This document shows, piece after piece, positions 54,375 to 61,943 of a stretch of 61,943 nucleotides of DNA; position 1 is the stretch's first letter, and each line of letters begins with the position of its first letter. The DNA comes from Acutalibacteraceae bacterium (GTDB taxonomy: Bacteria > Bacillota > Clostridia > Oscillospirales > Acutalibacteraceae). A model generated the notes under the pieces. It did not search any database and was not told the origin of the DNA. It worked only from the letters and a program-made list of their open reading frames with translations. Where the stretch lies: the NCBI GenBank assembly GCA_045634165.1, contig JAZQZU010000050.1, positions 1 through 61,943 of the forward strand, written 5' to 3'. The translations under genes were made by a program, and so were the position numbers.

Positions 54375-55334
54375 TTATAAAGTACTGAGCAATACCTTAA
54401 ATTCACCTTTGAAGTTAATTTCGCCTGAAGAAGCAGGAATGAAAATGCTGTCTCCTGCTTTACAGGCAATTGATTCACCCTTTGCACTGAGTTCACCATT
54501 GCCACTTAAAACGAGAACGCTGAGGAACGACTCATCATTAACTGTCAATGAGTATGAATCTTTAACATCGATGCTATCCATTTTAAAAAACTCACAGGAG
54601 CAAAGAGCCTGTTCGGTTGCAGTGCCGTTTATAACAGGTGCGGAATCAGGGTCGCCGTTTCTAACAGGAGGAACTGTATTTGTAACGTCAAGTGCTTTTT
54701 CAACGTGGAGTTCACGGGGTTTGCCGTCCACAAGACGATTGTAGTCGTAAACGCGGTAGGTTGTGTTACAATTCTGCTGAACCTCTGCAAGTAAAATACC
54801 ACTACCGATTGCGTGGAGTGTACCTGCGCTTATAAAGAACACATCACCTTTTTTTACTTTAACCTTATTTACGTAGTCAAGGAATGTGTTGTCTTCAATT
54901 GATTTTCTAAATTCGTCAGGTGTGAGTTCTTTATTGAAGCCGTAAATTAACTCTGCACCCTCATCGCAGTCAAGTATGTACCAAGCCTCTGTTTTGCCGT
55001 AGCTATTCTCGTGAATTTTTGCGTATTCATCATCGGGATGAACCTGAACGGACAAATCAGCCTTGGCATCAATAAATTTTATAAGTAAGGGGAACTCCTC
55101 GTAAGACTGACCTTTTGTGCCTAAAAGCTCTTTATTTTCTTTTACAAATTCTGTAAATGACTTACCTGCATTGTCACCGTTAACAATAATGTTATCGCCA
55201 TCATTTCTTGCACAAAGCATCCAAGCTTCTGCAATATTATTAAGGTTGCTTTCGAAACCGTAGTCGTTTTTAAGTCTGTTACCGCCCCATACAATCTCTT
55301 TGAAAACGGGCTCTAATTTAATAAATATATTCAT
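54375..55334 (-). CDS. manA: Mannose-6-phosphate isomerase, class I
   Basis: Motifs VWGG, LSVQVHPDD, TEAWYILD and GTLHAIG. Confidence 0.88.
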   Translation of the reverse strand: MNIFIKLEPVFKEIVWGGNRLKNDYGFESNLNNIAEAWMLCARNDGDNIIVNGDNAGKSFTEFVKENKELLGTKGQSYEEFPLLIKFIDAKADLSVQVHPDDEYAKIHENSYGKTEAWYILDCDEGAELIYGFNKELTPDEFRKSIEDNTFLDYVNKVKVKKGDVFFISAGTLHAIGSGILLAEVQQNCNTTYRVYDYNRLVDGKPRELHVEKALDVTNTVPPVRNGDPDSAPVINGTATEQALCSCEFFKMDSIDVKDSYSLTVNDESFLSVLVLSGNGELSAKGESIACKAGDSIFIPASSGEINFKGEFKVLLSTL

Positions 55335-55336
55335 TT

Positions 55337-56239
55337 TTATTCCTCCGTGGGTGTTCTGTCAGCAGTGCTTTCGACTGCAACAACGCTTATTTCTTTCTTC
55401 TCAATAAAGGGTACCGAGGATGATTTTATATCAACTCTGTCATAGTACTCTTTAAATCTTATGGTAAATCTGATTTTACGTTTACACTTTTTACAAAGGA
55501 AAACAGCTCTGAATGACTGGTTAATAACCCTCCACTCCGAAACTCGTTCGCATTGTCCTGCGCACACGTCGCAAATACAGCGCATTTTTGATTTATCAAT
55601 AAGCGGACTGTTAATATCCGTAATAACCTTGGGCTTAAAGGTAATTTTTGAGTAGAAAGAGGTATCGCAAACAAGCATATATGATGATAACATATGTTCA
55701 TTATATATTTTTCTGAAAATATCTGCTGTCAAGAAACTGTCATCAAGAGCTCTGTGTAAAGAATAACTTTCTACGTCGATTTCTAACTTTTCCGCTGCAG
55801 CAGAAAGACCTATCTGATCGGCTTTAGAGATATTCATAAATGCCTGTGCATATTTCTGCAGGTTAACGTAGTTACGCAAAAACGGGATAAATGAAATACC
55901 GTTGAAGTACCTGAAATTTTCAATCAGAACGCGGATATCGGTATCACCCCAGGTAAGAATGACAGTATCATTTCCCGAGGACCATTTACGAAAAAGGGAC
56001 ATTGTCTGTGAAAATGGCGTACCTGTACTGATATCATCGTTAGTAATGTTCGTAAGCTCTTTTACTCTTGAATGAAGTTTTTTGCCCAACTGTGCTTTGA
56101 TGAACATTGAAAAGGTGTCAATAACATTAAAATTTTCGTCAAGTTTGACCGCACCGATTTCAATAATTTCGTTAATAAAGCCCTTTTTCTTTTTACAATA
56201 GGCGTTATTCCATTCAAGGTCCATGATTATATAATTCAT
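55337..56239 (-). CDS. DEDDh 3'-5' exonuclease (KapD/ERI-1-like) with C-terminal Cys4 zinc ribbon
   Basis: Exo I MDLEWN, Exo II WGDTD, Exo III HRALDDS. The C-terminal CDVC...CKKC makes the ribbon. Confidence 0.75.
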   Translation of the reverse strand: MNYIIMDLEWNNAYCKKKKGFINEIIEIGAVKLDENFNVIDTFSMFIKAQLGKKLHSRVKELTNITNDDISTGTPFSQTMSLFRKWSSGNDTVILTWGDTDIRVLIENFRYFNGISFIPFLRNYVNLQKYAQAFMNISKADQIGLSAAAEKLEIDVESYSLHRALDDSFLTADIFRKIYNEHMLSSYMLVCDTSFYSKITFKPKVITDINSPLIDKSKMRCICDVCAGQCERVSEWRVINQSFRAVFLCKKCKRKIRFTIRFKEYYDRVDIKSSSVPFIEKKEISVVAVESTADRTPTEE

Positions 56240-56290
56240 CGTGAACTCCTATATAAGACCACCTGCCACAAAGCAGATGGTCCAATTAAC

Positions 56291-57538
56291 TTATTTTAAA
56301 CCTTGTTCGTCGTAAAGGCAGGCTGCTTCAAGTAAAACTTTTGTACCGGCCTCGAGTGCCTCGGGAATAAGAAGTTCGGGAGTATCAAGGCGTGTGTGAT
56401 AATATCTGGGCGGTGTGGGGTCCATAGCAGCAAAGCCTGTTGCTTTAATGCCCTTCTGAGTAAATGCTGCAGCATCACAAGCGCCAAGATAAATTGAAGA
56501 ATAAGGGATATCAAAACCGCAGTTGAGAGCCGCCTGTTTAACAAGGGCTTTAGCCTGAGCATCGTGTTTCAGCGTACCGCTTAAGTCACGGTCATAAACC
56601 GCCATATACTCCATATCACGCATTGTATCGCAAGCAACAACAACTGTTTCAATCTCTTTGAGCTCTTTTTCGTGCTTTTTAGCGTAAGCCTTGGCACCTC
56701 TGAGACCTGCCTCCTCGGAGCCTGAAAGCATTACACAAACATCGGTGTTTTCAAAACGAACATCATTTTCTTCCATTAATTTAAGAACTGCCATAGAAGT
56801 AAGGCAACCCGAAAGGTTATCATTAGCACCGGGAACACTCTTTGTGTGACTCTGGAAGAAAAGGAAACCAACATAAGGGATAATAAACACGCATAAAACG
56901 ATACCGAGAATTAAGAAGAAAATCTCGCTACCGGGTGTTGTAATCCCTTTAAGGTCAACAACAATGAACTTGACAAGTGAAGCAACGCAACAGATAACAA
57001 GACCAACAACAGCGGGAATCAAAAATAACTTCATACCCGTTCCGCCAAGCTTGTAGTTTAATGTCCATTCGTACTGTGAGTCAGCGTGACCGATAAAAAT
57101 AATACGTTTTTTTGTTTCACCGGTTGCTTTTCTTGTAGCGAAAACATTATGTGAAGGATGACCTTTGAAAAGAGGGTCAATAAATTGTTTGTACATTAAA
57201 AACTCTAAAATAAGAGGGATAAAACCGAGAATGGTAAGAACAAAGCCAACAACAGGCTTAAAGAAAAACAAAACAGTTGCAATAATAGCCATTGCTACAG
57301 TAAAGGGAATAAATCCCATAAAAGCCTGACGATGAACTGTAAAGCCTTCGATTTCAACTTTGTCGGACCATTTCTTTAAATCTTCTGCCATAGATTCCTG
57401 TGCTTTTAACTCCTCGGGGCTACCGGGTGCACGAGGACCGATTTTATCACATATAAAGGTGATTTTATCAACCATATACTTTACTGTGGATTCAAAATCA
57501 ATTTTAGCAGAATCAAATTTTGTTGAAATTGTTTTCAT
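56291..57538 (-). CDS. Membrane-embedded M28 family metallopeptidase
   Basis: A peptidase domain is split around about five TM helices. Motifs: IIFIGHADS, NDNLSG, GSEEAGLRGA. ATG at 57538 lies 8 nt after aggaag. Confidence 0.75.
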   Translation of the reverse strand: MKTISTKFDSAKIDFESTVKYMVDKITFICDKIGPRAPGSPEELKAQESMAEDLKKWSDKVEIEGFTVHRQAFMGFIPFTVAMAIIATVLFFFKPVVGFVLTILGFIPLILEFLMYKQFIDPLFKGHPSHNVFATRKATGETKKRIIFIGHADSQYEWTLNYKLGGTGMKLFLIPAVVGLVICCVASLVKFIVVDLKGITTPGSEIFFLILGIVLCVFIIPYVGFLFFQSHTKSVPGANDNLSGCLTSMAVLKLMEENDVRFENTDVCVMLSGSEEAGLRGAKAYAKKHEKELKEIETVVVACDTMRDMEYMAVYDRDLSGTLKHDAQAKALVKQAALNCGFDIPYSSIYLGACDAAAFTQKGIKATGFAAMDPTPPRYYHTRLDTPELLIPEALEAGTKVLLEAACLYDEQGLK

Positions 57539-57676
57539 ACACATCACTTCCTACTTTTCCAATGTTGCTAATATAACACATTGATTAAAATTTTACAACA
57601 CTATATACTAAATTATATTGATTTTATTGCCAATATAAGTTAAAATGATTTAAAAATTACTCGGATGGTGACATTT

Positions 57677-59968
57677 ATGCGCAATGATTCAAAAGTTCTT
57701 TTTTATAAATCTGCGGCAAAATCATGGCTTCAGGCTATGCCCTTGGGCAACGGCTTTTTAGGTGCTATGGTTTACGGCAGAACTGACAAAGAGACAATTT
57801 CAATGAACTCAGACTCTCTCTGGACAGGTTTTCCTCGTAAAACTATATTAAAAGATGATTGTAACGAGAAATTCCTTGAAGCAAGAGATTTAGTTCTTAA
57901 GGGTGAATACCGCAAAGGTCAGGATATTATTGAGGCAAACGTACTCGCAACCTGTTCGCAGGCTTATATGCCCCTTTGTGATATCAATATCAAATACAAA
58001 CCCACTTTCCCCCGCAAAAATTATAGCAGAACATTGGACCTTGAAACAGGTGTAAATACCGTTGAATATTCACGCGGTAACTGTAACTTTACAAGAAAAT
58101 CCTTTGTATCATCCCCTGTCGATGTATATATTGACAGAATTGTTGCTGATAACGGCAAAGCAATCAATTTTACAGTTTCACTTAAAACAAAGTTAAAAGG
58201 CGCTTCATTCATTGAAAATGGTGTGCTTATCCTCGACGGCAGATGTCCCTCAAACTCACCCGCTAATTTGCGTGACGTTGAATTTTACCGCAACGACCCC
58301 GAGTATTCAGATAACCCCGCAGAACAGGGTATGTACTTCCGTTGTGCACTTAAGGTTATCACAGACGGTAAAGTATCTGAAGATAAAAATACAATTACTG
58401 TATCAGAAGCAACCGAGGCAACAATTATTTTCTGTACAGAAAACTCATTTAACGGTTTTGACAAACATCCCGTGCTTGAAGGTAAAGAGTATAAAAATGC
58501 TTGTCTTGAACACCTTAACGAAGTTGTAAAAATCCCCTATGAAACCCTTGAAAAAGAGCATATTGATGATTTCTCATCATTTTTTAACAGAGTTTCTCTT
58601 GATATCGGATCTAATAATAAAGGTGATATACCTACCGACAAACGTCTTATTAAGCACGACAACGGCGCGGAAGATATCGCTCTTTACACCCTTATGTTTA
58701 ACTTCGGCAGATATCTTGTGATTTCAGGATCTCGTACAGGTAGCCAGGCTACAAACCTTCAGGGTATTTGGAATGACAAGGTTGCTCCCCCGTGGAGTTC
58801 AAACTATACAGTTAACATCAATACAGAAATGAACTATTGGCCCGTACTTATGTGTAATCTCCAGGAGTTTAACCAACCCCTTATTCAGTTGATTTCTGAT
58901 TTAACCGTAACAGGCGAAAAAACCGCTAAACATATCTACAATGCCCGTGGCTTCTGCGGACATCATAATGTAGATATCTGGCGTTACTCAGACCCCGCAT
59001 CAGGCGATGCACAGTGGGGCTTCTGGCCTATGTCAGGCGTTTGGTTCTGCCAACATGTTTATAACCACTACTTATATACAAATGACGTTAAATATCTTGA
59101 AGAAACTGCATATCCCATTCTCAAAAAATGTATTCAGTTTGTACTTGATATGTTAGTTGAAAAAGACGGATATCTTATTATGTGCCCCTCAACTTCACCC
59201 GAAAATGAATTCCTTATTGACGGTGTTGCAATGAGCCTTAGCGAAACCACAACTATGACAATGGCACTTGTAAGAGAGGTTCTCACAAACACAGTTGAGG
59301 CAGCAGAAATACTCGGTAAAACCGACGAAGATATTGAAGCGGCAAAAAACGCAATCCCCCGACTTTTACCATATCAGACAGGTAGTCGCGGAGAACTTCT
59401 TGAATGGTATAAAGAACTTAAGGAACACGAACCCACCCACCGTCACAAATCCCACCTTTACGGTCTTCACCCCGGTTATCAGATTACACCCGATGAAACT
59501 CCTGACCTTGCAAAGGCTTGTATACGTTCACTTGAACTTCGTGGTGATAACGGCACAGGTTGGAGCCTTGGTTGGAAGATAAATATGTGGGCAAGACTCT
59601 GGGATGGCGATCACGCATTGAAACTTCTTGATATGCAGCTTCGTCCCGTACCCGCAGGTAAAAATCTTCGTTATCGCGGCGGTGGTACATACCCCAACCT
59701 TTTTGACGCTCATCCCCCCTTCCAGATTGACGGTAACTACGGTTGCACAAGCGGTATTGCAGAAATGCTTTTACAGTCTCGTCAGGGCAAAATTTTCCTT
59801 TTACCCGCATTACCCTCAAGTTGGAAAAACGGTAAGGTTACAGGTCTTAAGGCAATGGGCAACATCACAGTTGACATTGAATGGAAAGACGGCGAAATTG
59901 TTAACTATAAATTAGATGGCGATACAACAAACATCAAGGTTTATAACAAAGGCAAGTTAATAGACTAA
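57677..59968 (+). CDS. Glycoside hydrolase family 95 alpha-L-fucosidase (cytoplasmic)
   Basis: Motifs [31 protein letters not shown] and SPENEF. No signal peptide. An alternative ATG lies at 57665. Confidence 0.88.
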   Translation: MRNDSKVLFYKSAAKSWLQAMPLGNGFLGAMVYGRTDKETISMNSDSLWTGFPRKTILKDDCNEKFLEARDLVLKGEYRKGQDIIEANVLATCSQAYMPLCDINIKYKPTFPRKNYSRTLDLETGVNTVEYSRGNCNFTRKSFVSSPVDVYIDRIVADNGKAINFTVSLKTKLKGASFIENGVLILDGRCPSNSPANLRDVEFYRNDPEYSDNPAEQGMYFRCALKVITDGKVSEDKNTITVSEATEATIIFCTENSFNGFDKHPVLEGKEYKNACLEHLNEVVKIPYETLEKEHIDDFSSFFNRVSLDIGSNNKGDIPTDKRLIKHDNGAEDIALYTLMFNFGRYLVISGSRTGSQATNLQGIWNDKVAPPWSSNYTVNINTEMNYWPVLMCNLQEFNQPLIQLISDLTVTGEKTAKHIYNARGFCGHHNVDIWRYSDPASGDAQWGFWPMSGVWFCQHVYNHYLYTNDVKYLEETAYPILKKCIQFVLDMLVEKDGYLIMCPSTSPENEFLIDGVAMSLSETTTMTMALVREVLTNTVEAAEILGKTDEDIEAAKNAIPRLLPYQTGSRGELLEWYKELKEHEPTHRHKSHLYGLHPGYQITPDETPDLAKACIRSLELRGDNGTGWSLGWKINMWARLWDGDHALKLLDMQLRPVPAGKNLRYRGGGTYPNLFDAHPPFQIDGNYGCTSGIAEMLLQSRQGKIFLLPALPSSWKNGKVTGLKAMGNITVDIEWKDGEIVNYKLDGDTTNIKVYNKGKLID

Positions 59969-59973
59969 TCACA

Positions 59974-60016
59974 ATCGGTCTTCTGGTATTTTTAGTACCA
60001 AAAGACCGATTTTTTA
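59974..60016 (+). terminator. Terminator after the GH95 gene
   Basis: Stem atcggtcttctggta / taccaaaagaccgat followed by tttttt. Confidence 0.7.
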
Positions 60017-60027
60017 TTATAAAATTA

Positions 60028-60056
60028 TTGACTAACATATTTATTAGTAATATAAT
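60028..60056 (+). promoter_or_regulatory. Near-consensus promoter for paaK and the ACT-domain gene
   Basis: TTGACT (60028-60033), 17-nt spacer, TATAAT (60051-60056). Confidence 0.55.
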
Positions 60057-60109
60057 TACTTTTATATTTTTTATGTGGATGCATATTTTTCCATTCAGGA
60101 GGACTAAAA

Positions 60110-61411
60110 ATGGAACGTTACTATCAACCCGAAATTGAAACCGCAAGTCAGGAACAAATCAAATCCTGGCAGAGCGAAAGACTTGTTAACCAAGTAAAAC
60201 ATATATGGGATAATGTACCTTACTATCGCAAAAAGATGGAAGAAAAAGGCGTTACTCCCGATGATATCAAAGGTATCGAGGACCTTCATAAACTCCCCTT
60301 TGTTACTAAGGACGATTTACGTGAGGGTTACCCTTATGGACTTCTTGCGGCACCCCTCAAGGACTGTGTGCGCATCCACTCAACATCCGGTACAACAGGA
60401 AAAAGAGTTATTGCATTCTACACTCAACACGATGTTGATTTATGGGAAGATTGCTGTGCAAGAGCACTTGTTGCTGCAGGTGCAACTGATGAGGACGTTT
60501 GTCACGATGCATACGGTTACGGTCTTTTCACCGGTGGTATGGGTCTTCATGGCGGTAGCCACAAGGTTGGTTGCCTTACTGTTCCCGCATCCTCAGGTAA
60601 CACAGACCGTCAGATTATGTTTATTCAGGATTTACAGGCTTCAATTATTTGTTGTACTCCTTCTTACGCCTTGTACTTAGCCGAATCAATGAAGGAAATG
60701 GGTATCACCAAAGACCAACTTTCACTCAAAGCGGGTATCTTCGGCGCGGAAGCCTGGAGTGAAGAAATGCGACAGCAAATTCAGAACGAACTTGGTATTA
60801 AGGCTTATGACATCTATGGTCTTACTGAGCTTTCAGGTCCCGGTGTTGCTTTTGAATGCTCCGCACAGAGTGGTATGCACATTAATGAAGACCACTTTAT
60901 TGCAGAAATCATTGACCCCGACACAGGTGAAGTTCTTCCCGAAGGCTCAAAGGGTGAACTTGTATTTAGTTCTATTACTAAAGAAGCTTTCCCCCTTCTT
61001 CGTTACAGAACTAAAGATATCTGTATGCTTACCCGTGAAAAGTGCTCCTGTGGAAGAACTTTCATTAAAATGTGTAAACCCATGGGCAGAAGCGATGACA
61101 TGCTTATTATCCGCGGTGTTAACGTATTCCCCTCTCAGATTGAAACTGTTCTTATTAATCAGGGCTACTCTGCAAACTATCAAATTATTGTTGACCGCGT
61201 AAAGAACACTGATACTCTCGACGTTCAGGTTGAAATGACACCCGAAATGTTCACCGATAACGTTGGCGAAATCAACCGCAGACAAAAGGAAATTGTTGAG
61301 GGCTTACGTTCAATGCTCGGTATTTCCGCAAAAGTTACATTGGTTGCACCTAAGTCAATCGTAAGAAGCGAAGGTAAAGCCGTTCGTGTAATTGATAAAC
61401 GTAAAATCTAA
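60110..61411 (+). CDS. paaK: Phenylacetate--CoA ligase family adenylating enzyme
   Basis: Motifs HSTSGTTGK and YGLTE. About 433 aa, with the N-terminal YYQPEIET...SWQ pattern typical of PaaK. RBS AGGAGG. Confidence 0.88.
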   Translation: MERYYQPEIETASQEQIKSWQSERLVNQVKHIWDNVPYYRKKMEEKGVTPDDIKGIEDLHKLPFVTKDDLREGYPYGLLAAPLKDCVRIHSTSGTTGKRVIAFYTQHDVDLWEDCCARALVAAGATDEDVCHDAYGYGLFTGGMGLHGGSHKVGCLTVPASSGNTDRQIMFIQDLQASIICCTPSYALYLAESMKEMGITKDQLSLKAGIFGAEAWSEEMRQQIQNELGIKAYDIYGLTELSGPGVAFECSAQSGMHINEDHFIAEIIDPDTGEVLPEGSKGELVFSSITKEAFPLLRYRTKDICMLTREKCSCGRTFIKMCKPMGRSDDMLIIRGVNVFPSQIETVLINQGYSANYQIIVDRVKNTDTLDVQVEMTPEMFTDNVGEINRRQKEIVEGLRSMLGISAKVTLVAPKSIVRSEGKAVRVIDKRKI

Positions 61412-61425
61412 CGGAGGTAATAATT

Positions 61426-61860
61426 ATGAGTATTAAGCAGATTTCAGTTTTCGTTGAAAACAAACCCGGTGCAATGAGTGCTATGACGGCAGTTCTTGCA
61501 GAAAACAACATTAATATGCGTGCATTATCTCTTGCAGAAACTGCAGATTTCGGTATTGTAAGAATCATTGTTGACGATATCTACACCGCAACAACAGTTT
61601 TAAAAGATGCAGGTTACATTCACTCCGTTACAAATGTTTTAGGTGTTGCAATACCCAACGTACCCGGTGGTGTAAACAAAGTTCTTAACGTGCTTGAAAA
61701 TGCAGGTATCAACATTGAATATATGTACGCTTTCCTCGGTAAGAAAGAGAAAAATCACGCTTATATGATTTTCAGAGTACAGGACGATGCCTTGGCAACA
61801 AAAGCACTTATGGAAAATAACATCCGTTCACTCAATCAACCCGACGTTGAAAACTTCTAA
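61426..61860 (+). CDS. ACT domain-containing protein
   Basis: Two ACT-like beta-alpha-beta-beta-alpha-beta halves (ISVFVENKPGA..., LGVAIPNVPGG...). This is a common partner gene of paaK in anaerobes. Confidence 0.75.
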   Translation: MSIKQISVFVENKPGAMSAMTAVLAENNINMRALSLAETADFGIVRIIVDDIYTATTVLKDAGYIHSVTNVLGVAIPNVPGGVNKVLNVLENAGINIEYMYAFLGKKEKNHAYMIFRVQDDALATKALMENNIRSLNQPDVENF

Positions 61861-61865
61861 AAAAC

Positions 61866-61903
61866 AACCGCTTATTCAAATCGAATAAGCGGTTAAAATT
61901 TTA
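61866..61903 (+). terminator. Terminator after the paaK-ACT pair
   Basis: Stem aaccgcttattc / gaataagcggtt followed by aaaatttta. The T-run is weak. Confidence 0.5.
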
Positions 61904-61943
61904 TCTTAAGTTGTATTGTTTTTTGATTTCGTTTGTAAATGCG

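Overview
This 61.9-kb window looks like ordinary chromosome from a low-GC, spore-forming Clostridia member. A type-I dockerin on one secreted protein suggests a Ruminococcus-like (Oscillospiraceae) cellulosome/amylosome organism; that assignment is inference only. About 55 genes are packed tightly, and nearly all are recognisable housekeeping or carbohydrate-use families.

- RNA and translation: tRNA-Gly (partial), tRNA-Cys, tRNA-Ser, tyrS, proS, queA-tgt-yajC, and an FMN riboswitch controlling a ribU-like transporter.
- Biosynthesis and repair: asd-dapA-dapB, radA, ruvX, a PBP1A-type penicillin-binding protein.
- Carbohydrate use: four glycoside hydrolases (beta-helix GH28-like, GH38, GH30, GH95) and manA.
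- Regulation and sporulation: an OmpR/histidine-kinase pair, and sigma-K checkpoint genes (sigK, spoIVFA/spoIVFB-like, cwlD-like, spoIIM-like).
- Other: a TIGR03960/TIGR03936-type radical SAM pair, paaK plus an ACT-domain gene, and a 1813-aa secreted subtilisin-LRR-dockerin protein.

I found no CRISPR array, prophage, transposon or obvious defence island. I cannot point to a clear new multi-gene system. The observations most worth a second look are:
1. An orientation-switching array of about 13 mini-hairpins, each prefixed by a conserved TGAA(A/G)T word, in the 455-nt gap after tRNA-Cys.
2. The giant S8 protease/BspA-type LRR/dockerin protein.
3. An acyl-carrier-protein homologue whose phosphopantetheine serine is replaced by glutamate, sitting directly upstream of proS.
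4. A perfect 12-6-12 palindrome plus 10-mer direct repeats next to a Xer-type tyrosine recombinase.
5. An unannotated 35-aa hydrophobic ORF.
6. tyrS and proS without T-box leaders.

All family assignments come from motif recognition by eye. No database search was run.
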